This document shows, one piece after another, positions 49,501 through 61,300 of a stretch of 64,000 bases of DNA. The DNA is from Anthoceros angustus (lineage: Eukaryota > Plantae > Anthocerotophyta). Below the pieces are notes generated by a model. The model had not been told where the DNA came from. It made no database searches and saw only the letters and a list, made by a program, of their open reading frames with translations. The stretch lies in the NCBI GenBank assembly GCA_010909165.1, contig MU008160.1, positions 1,922,001 through 1,986,000 on the forward strand, read 5' to 3'. The position numbers were made by a program, and so were the translations under genes. The first letter of the stretch is position 1, and each line of letters begins with the position of its first letter.

Positions 49501-49830
49501 CGCCTGTGGAAGATGAAGGACGCCGCATGCCGGCGCCCGCCTCGCCCTCCACGTTCCATGTATAAACGTGCGGCATGTGGGGTTGGTGCGGGACACTCAG
49601 GCGGGGAGGACGCCGCATGCCGCCCCTCCCAGCCGGAGGGTCATATGCATGAGGCAAGGCCACGATGCTCCAGGCATAGCAAATTCTTGGTTTTCTTCGG
49701 CTTCCTTGTCTTCGTCCTCTGCATCAGATTCCATATTTTTTCCCTCTTCGTCATCCGACTGCCCTTCCAGAGGTTTGTCATCCTAGTTCTTCATCTTCCG
49801 AGCTACCTGTTGCATCGTTTCCCATAATTC
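46600..49830 (-). CDS. ParB/Srx-like domain fused to beta-class N6A/N4C DNA methyltransferase (frameshifted as assembled, intron-containing)
   Basis: ParB-like IRRVDEAW…LLCMIDP…VLGGNHTFAAM…LATDHN (48548-49234). Motif IV-like SLFVMDVPW (47428-47439). FVWDKTN, VEY, YQRPLGLMMKLIKTFSKEGD. Motif I reads (W)IVDACS(G)SGTSLMVA…RHCISIE across indels at ~46895-46975. Intron ~47684-48059 (AAG|GTAAT donor). Start uncertain. Confidence 0.75.
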
Positions 49831-50084
49831 GAGGTAGCGCTGCTCTCGCCCGCCGCATGCTTTTCTCTCTCCGGTGGTCAATAATCGATCATGATGAAAC
49901 AACACGCTTGCTTGTAGAAAGCCTCCCACCGCACAATTGCCAAAGTTCGGGAATCACACCTTGAGCGAGAAAGGACCCGGAGGAGGTGCAGCAATTAAAT
50001 CCGGATCACGAATACTTACTTGTGGGTTGTTCATACTCTCGAAATGCGGTCACCAACACTGTGTGCACTTATTCACCTTGAACA

Positions 50085-53000
50085 TTCCGAGCGCCACCGT
50101 GAAAACCTTGAACTCATGAGGAACCGGGTCGTATTTCATCTAATTGCCGTGGCTTAGTTGTCAACAACATCTCAAACTCCGGGTCCCCTGCTCGACATGT
50201 CCAAGGTAGCCTGACAACCCATCCGACTCTTGCTCGATTAGGCTCGGTCCATATCCTTACCCACAATTTCAAGAGCGGTGTCCACCGCCAAGATCATCCA
50301 AATTTTGGCTTCCTTGAAGAAACCACTCCTTGTCCAGGCAAACAATTGCATCATGAGAATTGGTCCCTCAACAGATGGTTTCCTCCAGTTATAAGGCGTG
50401 ATTGGCTCGGGTTGCCTTTCTTCGCCTTTTGATCCACCCGCCACCGCCCCGCCCGGACTTTGTCGTGCTTGCTTTTGTGGAATTGCCGATGCGGTTTTCG
50501 ATGCCCTCGGTGTGTTTCTCCACCGATCGGACCCGATGCCACACCGCTTCGCCCTCGCCCGGTCCGACTTCTTCTTCTCGCCTTGGGGCCCGCCGGGCGG
50601 GTCGCCAAGGCGCCCGCCATGTCCTTCTTGCTCGCAACTTCCTCCCGATGCCATGATACCGCATACGTGGAAAGCGGAGCCGGGTTAGATGAAATAGTGG
50701 AATTGTGCATGTAGACCGGCGTAGTGGAAAGGAATAGGCAAGGCGCACTACTACTCGGCGCCGAGCGCGAAACGATGAAGGAATTGGCGGTGGCGCCCCA
50801 CCGATCGCCTCTTTTGCGCCCCACCGCCGCCGCTGACGACGTTCAAACGGCGAGGCGTGAAGGTGTTTCGGCGGCGCGTCGAGCACTTGGGAACATAAAC
50901 CCCTGTTTGAGCCGCGATTACCATATGAGTTGCCCCGGTCTCAATCGTTTGGCAGAGTACGCTGGTAAAATCCATGCAGATTTACCTTCATTTAAATCGA
51001 TTCCTTGTTTCAAATCCAGTTTCTGTCTGAACTGGTGGCCTGCATGTCGTTGGGGAAAGGCGGCGCCGTTACTCTCCAATGAGTTCAAAGATTTCCGTTG
51101 CTGAGCATTTAAGTGGTGCATGCATCGCATTTGTCACCGCCTTCGCCTCACTCTTCTAGCTAAGACTCTACATATGTCACACCGACTCTAAGTGAGCGGT
51201 AGTCGGGTTGGAGACTAGTGTGACCTCGAGTTCGAGTGCACCACGATGTTACACTTAACTCCACTGCGTTTGAGGTGATCGGCCCGGCCGGTTTGCAATT
51301 GTATAGGCTTTCAAATGTTCCTCCAGAGCTGACAATCGGCTTCCACCGGATTTTGTAGGACGAGGAAAACGATGCTGTGTCGCAATTCCAGAGGGACTTT
51401 GATGCTACTCAGAAGAGGAAACGCAATACCCGCTTGAACGCTGGTGCCGAGGGTGTGTCGAAGTTTGTATCTGCGACACCGCAAACCCCTGGTGCAATGT
51501 GGACCATCGATGGTGTGTTTCGTCCTCTCCGTCTACACTCCGACGCACTTCATAGGGAACTGGAATTGTAGACAAACCATGTGGATGCTTGCGTACTGAA
51601 TACTGTTGAGATGACTTCTACAGGCGAAGGCTGGAGGAGGCGCACGCAAACATCACCAAGACTTTCTCGGTGTGTTCCCCACACTCCAAGAAACGTGAAC
51701 CTCTATGCAGCTATGGAGCGGAGTCCGGGAAGTTCGAGGCATGGAGGAAGAGGACAAATACGATCGCCGACATTGCGCCGCCAGGGTTTGTTTGCAGCGG
51801 ATGAAAGCGTGGTCGACGGCTCAACCTCACGATGAATCACCGATTGCCGAACCGGTATCGGGAGAAGGGATGGGTAATGAGAGATGCTCTTTCCACCCCA
51901 AGCCACTGAGTGAAACATTTGTAGCAGAACGATGTGTGGATTCGGTGATTCAAAAAAGGCGGGCATGTGGGGTTCCATTGTCCAAAAGCGATAGCGAGGT
52001 AGTGACAGTGGACTTTCAGAAACCATGCTGCAACAAGCTCTGTGTGCAAACTCTGTGCAAGGCAAACTTGCAAGAGCAGCGGTATCGTTATCTGAGGATG
52101 GGGAGGGCGGAGCAAGAAGCGTTTTTGCAGTCACTAGTGGATGTGGACATCGCGAAACCTAAGGAGAAGGTCATCACACATATCATGGGAATCGCATTCG
52201 GTGTTGTTTGCAAGCATTCGAGAGTTTCGCATAGGTTCCGAGCGCCACCGTGAAAACCTTGAACTCATGAGGAACCGGGTCGATTTCTAATTGCCGTGGC
52301 TTAGTTGTCAACAACATCTCAAACTCCGGGTCCCTCGACATGTCCAAGGTAGCCTGGACAACCCATCCGACTCTTGCTCTCGATTAGGCTCGGTCCATAT
52401 CCTTACCCAATTTCAAGAGCGGTGTCCACCCCAAGATCATCCAAATTTTCTCAAGAAACCACTCCTTGTCCGAAAACAATTGCATCATGAGAATTGGTCA
52501 CCTCAAAAGATGGTTTCCTCCAGTTATAAGGCGACGCATCGGCTGCTGCTTTCTTCCGCCTTTTGATCCACCGCCACCGCCCGCCGCTCCGGATTTTGTC
52601 GTGCTTGCTTTTGTGGAATTGCCAGATGCGGTTTTCGATGCCCTGCGGTGTGTTTCTCCACCGATCGGACCCGATGCCACGCTCGCCTCGGTCCGACTTC
52701 TTCTTCGCCTTCTTACTGGCGGGTCGCCAAGTGCGTCCGCCATGTCCTTCTTGCTCCGCAACTTCCGTCCCGATGCCATGATACCGCATACGGGAAGAAA
52801 GCGGAGCGGGTTAGATGAAAAGGGAATTGTGCATGTAGACCGGCGTAGTGGAAAGGAATAGGCAAGGCGACTACACCGCGCCGAGCGCGCAAAACGATGA
52901 AGGGAAGGTGGCGCCCCACCGACCGCCTCTTTTGCGCCCCACCGCCGCAATGACGTTCAAACGAAGCGCCGCTGTGAAGGTGTTTCGCCAGGCGCTGGCG

Positions 53001-54263
53001 AGCACTTGGGAACATAAACCCCTGTTTGAGCCGATTACCATATGAGTTGCCGGTCTCAATCTTGTAGGTACTGGTAAAATCCATGTAGATTTACCTTCAT
53101 TTAAATCGATTCCTTGTTTCAAATCCATCATTCGAACCGGGTGGCTCGCATGTCGTTGGGGAAAGGCGGCGTTACTCCAATGAGTTCAAAGATTTCCGTT
53201 CCGAGCATTTAAGTGGTGCATGCATCGCATTTGTCACCGCCTTACCGCTCTTCTAGCTAAGACTCTACATATGTCACACCGACTCTAACGTGAACGGTAG
53301 TCGGGTTGGAGACTAGTGTGACCTCGAGTTCGAGTGCACCACGATGTTACACTTAACTCACCTGCCGCGTTTGAGGTGATCGCCCAGTTTGCAATTGTAT
53401 AGGCTTTCAAATGTTCCTCCAGGTGACAATCGGCTTCCACCGGATTTTGTAGGACGAGGAAAACGATCGGGTCGCAATTCCAGGAGGGACTTTGATGCTA
53501 CTCAAGAGGAAACGCAATACCCGCTTGAACGCTGCCGGGGTGTGTCAAGTTTGTATCTGCGACACCGCAAACCCCGTGCAATGTGGACCATCGATGGTGT
53601 GTTTCCTCCGTCTACACTCACGCACTTCATAGGAACTGGAATTGTAGACAAACCATGTGGATGCTGCATCGTCTTGAATCTGTTGAGATGACTTCTACAA
53701 AGGCTGGAGGAGGCGACGCAAACATCACCAAGACTTCTGTGTTCCCCACACTCCAAGAAACGTGAACCTCTATGCTATGGAGCGGAGTCCGGAAGTTCGA
53801 GGCATGGAGGAAGAGGACAAATCGATCGCCGACATTGCGCCGCCGGGTTTGTTTGCAGCGGATGAAAGGGTGGTCGACGGCTCAACCTCGCGATGAATCA
53901 CCGATTGCCGAACCCAAGGAAGGATGGGTAATGAGAGATGCTCTTTCCACCCCAAGCCACGAGTGAAACATTTGTAGCGAACGATGTGTGGATTCGGTGA
54001 TTCAAAAAGCGGGCATGTGGGGTTCCATTGTCCAAAAGCGATAGCGAGGTAGTGACGATGGACTTTGAAACCATGTCAACAAGCTCGTGTGTGCAAACTC
54101 GCAAGGCAAACTTGCAAGAGCGTATCGTTATCCGAGGATGGGGAGGGCAAGAAGCGTATCACTAGTGGATGTGGACATCGCGCGAAACCTAAGGAGAAGG
54201 TCATCACACATATCATGGGAATCATTCGTGTTGTTTGCAAGCATTCGGAGAGTTTCGCATAGG
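50085..54263. repeat. ~2.1-kb tandem duplication within the transposon (50085-52235 / 52236-54263)
   Basis: ttccgagcgccaccgtgaaaaccttgaac starts both copies; the copies differ by many 1-3 bp indels. Confidence 0.9.
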
Positions 54264-57150
54264 TTCAAGCGGTATGAGGAGTTGAAGGCGAGTATTGTGC
54301 AATGCTCCATGGACGGAGCTGATCAATAACCCTCGTCGCATGCAGGGAGTCGTTGCATGGATGGATTCCACTTTTCAATTCATGTCGAAAGAAACGCCGA
54401 TGTTTTCACATGCCCGATACATTTTCCAAGTTGGAAATATGGGCCCGATCGACGGATATGGCACGGTCCTCCATGAAGTTCGTCTCCTATGTATTTCTTA
54501 ACTGTGGAGAAACAACTTTCCGAAGGTCCGGATACCAAAATCAAACAGGTTTTCTACTTGTTCTCTGCGAGGGCCTCAAGCGCACTATTCGCAACACATC
54601 CGCAAGGCGGATCAAGGTTTGTTCCTTTAATCACAAGGCGAATCAAGCCCGGGAAATTAATTGTCGTTGACATGTTGCCGCATGGTAGGGACCGTGTTTA
54701 TCCAATCTGGTTTATGCGCCGTCATGCCCACAAAGACGGTCGATAACATGGCCATGCCGGCACCATCGTGCTTACAATGGCGGTGGTAGTCGCAGGGCAC
54801 ACGCGTGCATGATGTTTGGAGGAAGGCGGCATGCGGCGCCTGCTCATATTCTGATGGTAATGCGCGCCTATAGATATGGTTACATAGGCGCCGGCATGAC
54901 GGCCTATGCTAGACCTGGTTACATCGGGCGCCGGCATGCCGCGCCTATGCCAATAGCTCAGGCGGAGGCGCATGCCGCGCCTATGCCAATAGCTCAGGCG
55001 GAGGCGCGGCATGCCGGCGCCTATGTACATAGCTCTAGGTGCGGAGGCGCCGGCATGCCGGCGCCATGTACATAGCTCGGGTGCGGAGGCGCCGCATGAG
55101 GGCGCGCGCTTCTTGTTTATTACATACGCGACGGCATACCGGCGCCTATGTTCATACCACGGTTTTTGCATGCACCGTCATGACCCGACCTATGTCCGTA
55201 GCAATGGTTATGCGAGGCGGCATGCCGCCTATGTCCATACATCGGTTTATGCAGGCACCGGCATGACCCGACCTATGCCGGCAATATATGTCGGCGCCGT
55301 CACGCTGGCGCCTATGGGCATATATTGTTCCCCATGGGTATAGTGCATGGTCTGCAATACATGGTCGCCATACATCCGGTGCCTTCCTGCCTTAGTCCTT
55401 GCATGCAGGTGGCTGTGTGGCTACTGTGTACGCGCTGGTGTGCCCGTACTCATGTAGGAGTTTTGTGGTCAAATGTGGTGGAGGTCGTTGTGCAATACTC
55501 CTTGTTTTGACATGTGCATATTTTCATATGAAGGGGCATCGGCGTCTCATCGACTACGCCTCAATCGAGAGGGACAAAGCTGCAAAGCATCGCTCTAAAA
55601 GTTATGCTCAACCTCACAAGTACATGCTTCTGGCTATCGATGGTATGGACCAAAAGAAGACCGAGCTGCCCCATTTTATTCGATACCCAAAAGATTTAGC
55701 GGATAGTTCACTTATTAATGTTCATGTAGTGGGTGTATGGTGCATAATTACACTTTCAAGGCGAGAGCGTATTTGCATTATGCCAATTTGCGGAATGACG
55801 CGAATCTAACTATCAACATAATTCAAGATGTCATATTTTCATATGAAGGGTGCTTCCAAAGTGCTTTATCTCGACTTGACAATACATGCCGGAGAACAAA
55901 AATCAGTTGTTATTCGCATACCTAAATATGCTCGTTGACCTTCAAGTGTTTGTGAAAGTCAAGGTTGGTTTCCTTCTCGTTGGTCACACACATGATCGTA
56001 GATCAAATGTTTTCTTGTTTCTCAAGCTCGAGACACAAAGAGGCTTTTACAATAGATACAGGCGGACATTTTGACGACATTCACTCAAAACCTAAGTGAA
56101 GATTATAACGGTAGCGGACTTTCGCTCATATGTATGGCCGATCGAAAGGAGCAAGAGGATATGCGGCTACAGTGAAACATGAACAACCTTTCCTTCCAAC
56201 ATCAGTTCAAAATCACACGGGAAGAACGGCAAGACCGTGGCCACGTTACTGTTGTTCGCAGCAAGCAGGATTCCACTTCACCTGGGAATCAGAAGATGGT
56301 TTAGAATTTTTGAACTTCGTTCCCACCATTGCAGTTGGTCCAGCTCCGCTTATGGCTTTGAAAGCGAAAGACAAAAAGGGGGATGGTGGTCTGTCGCCAT
56401 CAGAAGGTGTGAAGCACTTGAAGAATGGGTTATTGAACTTGAGGACATACATAACGGCGGCAGAGAGAGTGTGGTGGAGGTTGTTTTGGATTGATCAAGA
56501 GGAATCGCCCTTATTGTGGAGAACAACATAGCTCTTGTGCTAAACAAACCATGGAGATGGTACAATAGAGCGGAGGCGGCGAACTTGCCTCCGCTCCAAG
56601 TCCTCAAGAGGTTGTCCTCGAAGCATTACTCGAGAGGTACCCCAACGCGATATGTATTTGGGGCATATCGAATATTGGTCGCCAATGACAACAAATTGAA
56701 AAATGAATGGGGATATCAAGGAGATACGGAAAGGAATGTTCATCGCTACTCCATGTGCGTGAGACGCACAGGGGGCTTTTGGATTGGGAAGGTGGACGTG
56801 GACTTTAATTGTGAGAAGCCTTCGCTTATGGTCCAGCATGTAATCGAGCACACCGATGCGTTTGAAGGAAATATGTTGAAGAATTTTTGTTCGGGAGCCT
56901 TACCTAACGGGACATGGGAAGCGGTGGGAAAAGAGGATTACCAAAGAACATCCAACGGTTGTTTGTTGACAAGACTATAATCCTCTATTATGGATTCAAC
57001 TTGAATGGAAGGAAACACTTGTATGCTTGATAAGAAGGCCATTCAAAAACTAAATCGCCTTTCACGCAACTGTGAGAGGACGATAGCGACTGTGAAGTCA
57101 AGGATGAGGTCCTATATTGGATGAAGGAATTGAGTCTCGAGGAGTGAAAT
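53770..57150 (+). CDS. DDE/DDD transposase of the 'DGMDQ' (DUF7869/Sola-like) type, frameshifted as assembled; N-terminus duplicated at ~51700-52250
   Basis: KPCCNKLC (copy 1), FPKVRIPKSNRFSTCSxC, AIDGMDQKKTELPHF, RLDNTCRENKNQLLFAYL and VKVGFLLVGHTHDxVDQMFS. Probable intron ~54617-55533. Confidence 0.8.
54730..55320. repeat. GC-rich palindromic repeat array (GGCGCCGGCATGCCGGCGCC family)
   Basis: Repeated gcgccggcatgccg / gcggcatgccgc units; related units at 47785-48010 and 49490-49630. Confidence 0.85.
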
Positions 57151-57994
57151 TGTCGCGGATGTTTGAAAGGGCCACTGCGAGAACATGCCCTTGCAAAATA
57201 GGCGAGCATGTTGAGTAGTAGATGTTCACAATTATATAGTTCTCTATGGGACTCACCCTATTAGGCTGGAACAGCGCCTACTTTATTCTTGCCGCTCATT
57301 AATACGATGTTATCAATTCAAACCGTGCACAAACGGACACAGAAACGAAAGTGTCACCCACATTTGCTCTTTGTCGTACTGTCCCAATGCCTGAGGTTAA
57401 TTAATATGCCCATGAACTCGGCAAGAAATGCGCTTGTTGCTTGCTATCGCGCTAACCGCGAGATGGGAATGGATAGAAGTTCATCTATGTACAGTGCGGG
57501 AGGGTGCATGCCGGCGCCCATGCACTACGCGTGCCTTGTATACCACCAGCCACAATAAAATTAGGAAAAACAACCGGCTGCCTTGATGTTGCATTGTGTG
57601 CGAGAATACAACCAAGGCCGTACACCTCATCCACGTATAAAAGTTAAGCCCGTGTGCTCAACACTTCATGCATATCCATATATTTCCCAAACCACTCACC
57701 ATGCGTGTAAAAGTTGCATATTACAAAGCATAGCAGCCCTCCCCCCGCCTACATGGACTTAAATATGGGCATGTTTTGCAGGCAAAATTGCATTGATCTT
57801 CCAACAAATCCCTTTGTTTGGCCACCCCATGTCATGAACTCATGTTTAAGAACATGTGCCACCCTTTTTTTCCCTCTTACTTTCAAACAAATAGTCCAAG
57901 AAGGGTTTGAGTGCCCATGTTGCCGCCGGTTATTTGTATAAAGTGGGAAAATGCCGCTTCCTGTTTATTACGACGGAAAGAACATTATGGTATT

Positions 57995-58139
57995 TTAATA
58001 TCTTAACTCAATTAGGAAATGAGTGTCTTGGTCAGATGGACCTTAATATCTTAACTCAACAAGCAAATAAGTATCTTGGTCAGATGGACCTTAATATCTT
58101 AACTCAACAGGCAAATGAGTATCTTGGTCAAATGGACTT
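57995..58139. repeat. ~51-bp tandem repeat x3 (…cttggtcagatggaccttaatatcttaactcaa…)
   Basis: Read directly; the ORF track shows LGQMDLNILTQQAN repeated. Confidence 0.88.
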
Positions 58140-58386
58140 GATGGACACTTCATCAAGGAGTGAACTCATAAGCAGGAGCTATGGCTCCTCGGCTTACATT
58201 GATTGCTTGTTTAACTAGCTACATTGCTGGAGTGCTCCTTATATCACACTTCCCTTTCGAAAACCACCATGTGAAGGGCAGCCTTTTGTACAAAGGCTCC
58301 TGAAGATCGAGATGCTACTTGATCGAGGTGGCCCATTAGTCTCGTCATTTCATATATGTACTTCTTTGGCCTGATCTCTTCTTATA

Positions 58387-61300
58387 TGTAGTTGTGGGCT
58401 ACGGACTTCCCTTGGGGGTTAGGAAATAAGTGGGGTTTTGTTTTTCCGTAGGTCCGAAGAGTAAAATAAGGCGGAAAAGGGGGAATAAGCACGGACGGCG
58501 CTCCGGACTGGGCTTCGGAGTATACTCCGGACTCCGGAGTGGGTAACGGACCCCGGTACCACTATGACGAGCTCCGGACTACGCACCCGGGTAACGGGAT
58601 AAGTTCGGACCCCACTCCGGGTCAAAACAGGATAAGTACGCCAGGGAAAGTAATTTGGAAGTCGAGTCGTGAGGACAGACTGAGAGGAACCCGTGGCCAG
58701 CCCAGTGAGGAGGCGGAGCCAGGAGCCTGCGGGTCCGGACTTTGTTCGGACTCCGGAGGAAAGGCCGGATCTCGAAGTCCGGCCCCATGAGGGAAGTCTG
58801 GACTTAGAGATCCAGAGGATCTGGTAGTGATCCGGACCCCGAGGTCCGGACTCAGGAAGAGTTGGGTCCGGACCACGAGGTCCGGACCCGAGGTCCGGAC
58901 CCGAGGTCCGGACTCCAGGCCCCAGATGAGGGGCCAGGACCCCGGAGGAAGAGGCCGGACCTAGAGGTCCGGACTCGAGTTGAGACGGTCATGAGATCCG
59001 GGCTAGGGGAGTGGGGAGAGCCACCAATCACCGCCCGGCAGATCTGAGCTCTTGGAGGGCCCATTGTGGCCCGCCAGAGATAAGAGAGGAGGCGAGGAGG
59101 ATTTAGTAGTGGCCGTTGTCGGGGCCGCAGTCGCCTGCACTGTGAGACCTCAGGGAAGGGAAGGGGTCCCGCCTCACGGATCATCCGATTGGTAGCCGCC
59201 GCCTTCGACTTGGGCCGCGGTGCGAGAAGGAATCAAGGGCCATCCAATTTCCGCTTCCAGTGATAGGAGGAATAAGGAGGATAGTAGGCGGCCGATTAAG
59301 GCGTCTTGAAACCAGCCACTTTCGAATAGTGTAATAAAGGCGCCGACTTGGGCGTAGTATATACAATTTGAGGGAATAATCATCTTCTCTTGGTGTTGAT
59401 GCCGTTTCTTGCAGGACCTTTGTGTGTCTTCTTGCTAACGTGAGTCTGAGTCATGGCGAGCCTGAGCTGACTCGGGCAGGAGGTCAAGGTGAGCGGACCC
59501 CTAGCGTGTGAGGTGTGTGTGCGGGGACCCTGTTCGCCGGGCCGGCCCGGCCGAGCCGGAGCGTGTGAGCCGGAGGAACTCCGGGAGGCGTCTGAGCCGG
59601 ACGGAGGCCGGACCCCGGAGGAGGTCGGGGCTGATCTTGTGTAGCCATGCTCTTTTCAAGGTTGATGAGCGTAGTGGGGAGTGATGAGGAAGCGGACTAA
59701 AGAAAGGGTAGCGGTATGCTGGGCAAGCGGAGCAAGCGGGGTCATAAACGTTTGGCCACCGGGCTGTTGGTGACGTTATGAAGTAGGCTAAAAGCAGCGA
59801 TTACGTGTGTTAAAGAGGAGTGGACACAAAGTAAGGTGAGAATCGGTCGAAACGCGCAAATGGAGCTATCATTCTCTTGGGAGCGGACTCCTTCCTACAA
59901 CGACCGGATTATGCGCCGGTGATCATCGGCAAAGTCGCGCCACATTTTGGCGCTGGGGAATGAAATCGCCCGTAGCAAGCGTGATGTGGATGCGGAGGGC
60001 GAGAGGCGTCAGAAACGATTGGGTGAGTGAGTCGGACGTTGGGGACCGCCAGGCTGAGCGCGAGGCACGTGAGAGGCGGCCTCAGCGTGAGACCTCGATC
60101 GGCAAGAAGCACGGTAGACTTGTCGGACCGTGAGGAGGAAGTACACCAAGTCGGTGTCGGGCGGTTCCTCAACCCTTGCACGTTGTGACAACGTCGACCA
60201 GCCAGTGCTCTTGGAGGTAAGAAGAAGGAAAACCTTTGAGGATTCGTGTCGGAGAACTTCAACTGAGAAGGTTCGGATCGCGGCTTATCAGTTTCAAAGT
60301 TGCGGGGCGGCTCGGTCGTCTGAGAGAAAGTCTGGGCAGGCAGCTCCCCTTGAAGCAGCTGAAGGATGCCTTCTTGGAAAGATTCCGTGGGATCGATCAA
60401 GAAGGCTACGTCTTGTCAAACTCGAGAACACGAGGCGAGGCAAGGCGGAGAAATTGGGATCACACATCGAGCGGTTCTACGCTCTTGAGATCGACACCCC
60501 ACACCACCAGGCGTGCGTTGGTTCGCGCTTACCCAAGCCAATGGCTAAGCACGTTAACACTGTTGGCGAAGGATGTGGAGCAGGCGGTCCGGCGGGCTAC
60601 GAAGAATCGATGCACCAGACGGCCGAGGGGCCTCGGGAGGAAGAAGAAAAAGAAGAAAGCGGGGTCGGACTCAAGATGAAGAACTCTCGGAGGAGGATGA
60701 TGAGGCCGAGGGGCATCGGAGGAAGAGGAAGAGGACTCAAGAAGAATCCGGGGATGAAGAAGAAGAACCAGCCGAAGAAATAGGAAGAAAAAGCTAGTGA
60801 GTCAAGCTGGAGAAGAAGGTTATGATGCATCAAATGTAGGGAGGTTCCGCTGACCCGGCTCCTTTGAAAGAAGTAGCGGTTGAGGGAAGCAGGTAATGAA
60901 GAGGGTGGAGGAATTGGCGATCAACCAAGTGAAGGATAAAGAGCATGAAGGCGGCCTACGCGAGGACCCATCATGGTGTGCGGTGTGGTCACCAACATGG
61001 GCGTTGAAGGCTAGCGCCTCGGACCCGTGGAGCCGGTGGAGTGCGACTACGGGATGGTCCAGGAGGCGGTGGGAGCGCACATGAGTGCAAGAAACACCAT
61101 GCTCAGGCAGATGCACAGGCAGGCCATCAGTGCATCGACCTCCAGGTTCAGGCCGGCCTTGGAGCCCCTCGGAATTCTCGGCGGCGTGGTCTCCGGAACT
61201 GGGGAACCCCGCACTACTCCAACGCTGCCCATACCCCACCGCAAGGCAACGGGACTTTGACTGCGGTGGAGATTGTAGCGGGGCACATGGCGGTACACTG

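Larger units (their letters stand above)
46108..57994. mobile_element. TIR DNA transposon with TTAA TSD carrying a transposase and a ParB-methyltransferase gene
   Basis: Left TIR aacaccataatgttctttccgtcg (46108-46131) and right TIR cgacggaaagaacattatggtatt (57971-57994) are 23/24 reverse-complement identical. TTAA at 46104-46107 and 57995-57998. Confidence 0.9.

Noticed and set aside
46600-49830. Methyltransferase as bacterial or phage contamination
   Set aside because: It has spliceosomal intron signals and lies inside a TIR/TSD-bounded eukaryotic transposon.
57995-58139. 51-bp repeats (and the 18-bp array at 4411-4500) as CRISPR-like arrays
   Set aside because: Contiguous tandem units without unique spacers, no cas genes, eukaryotic context.
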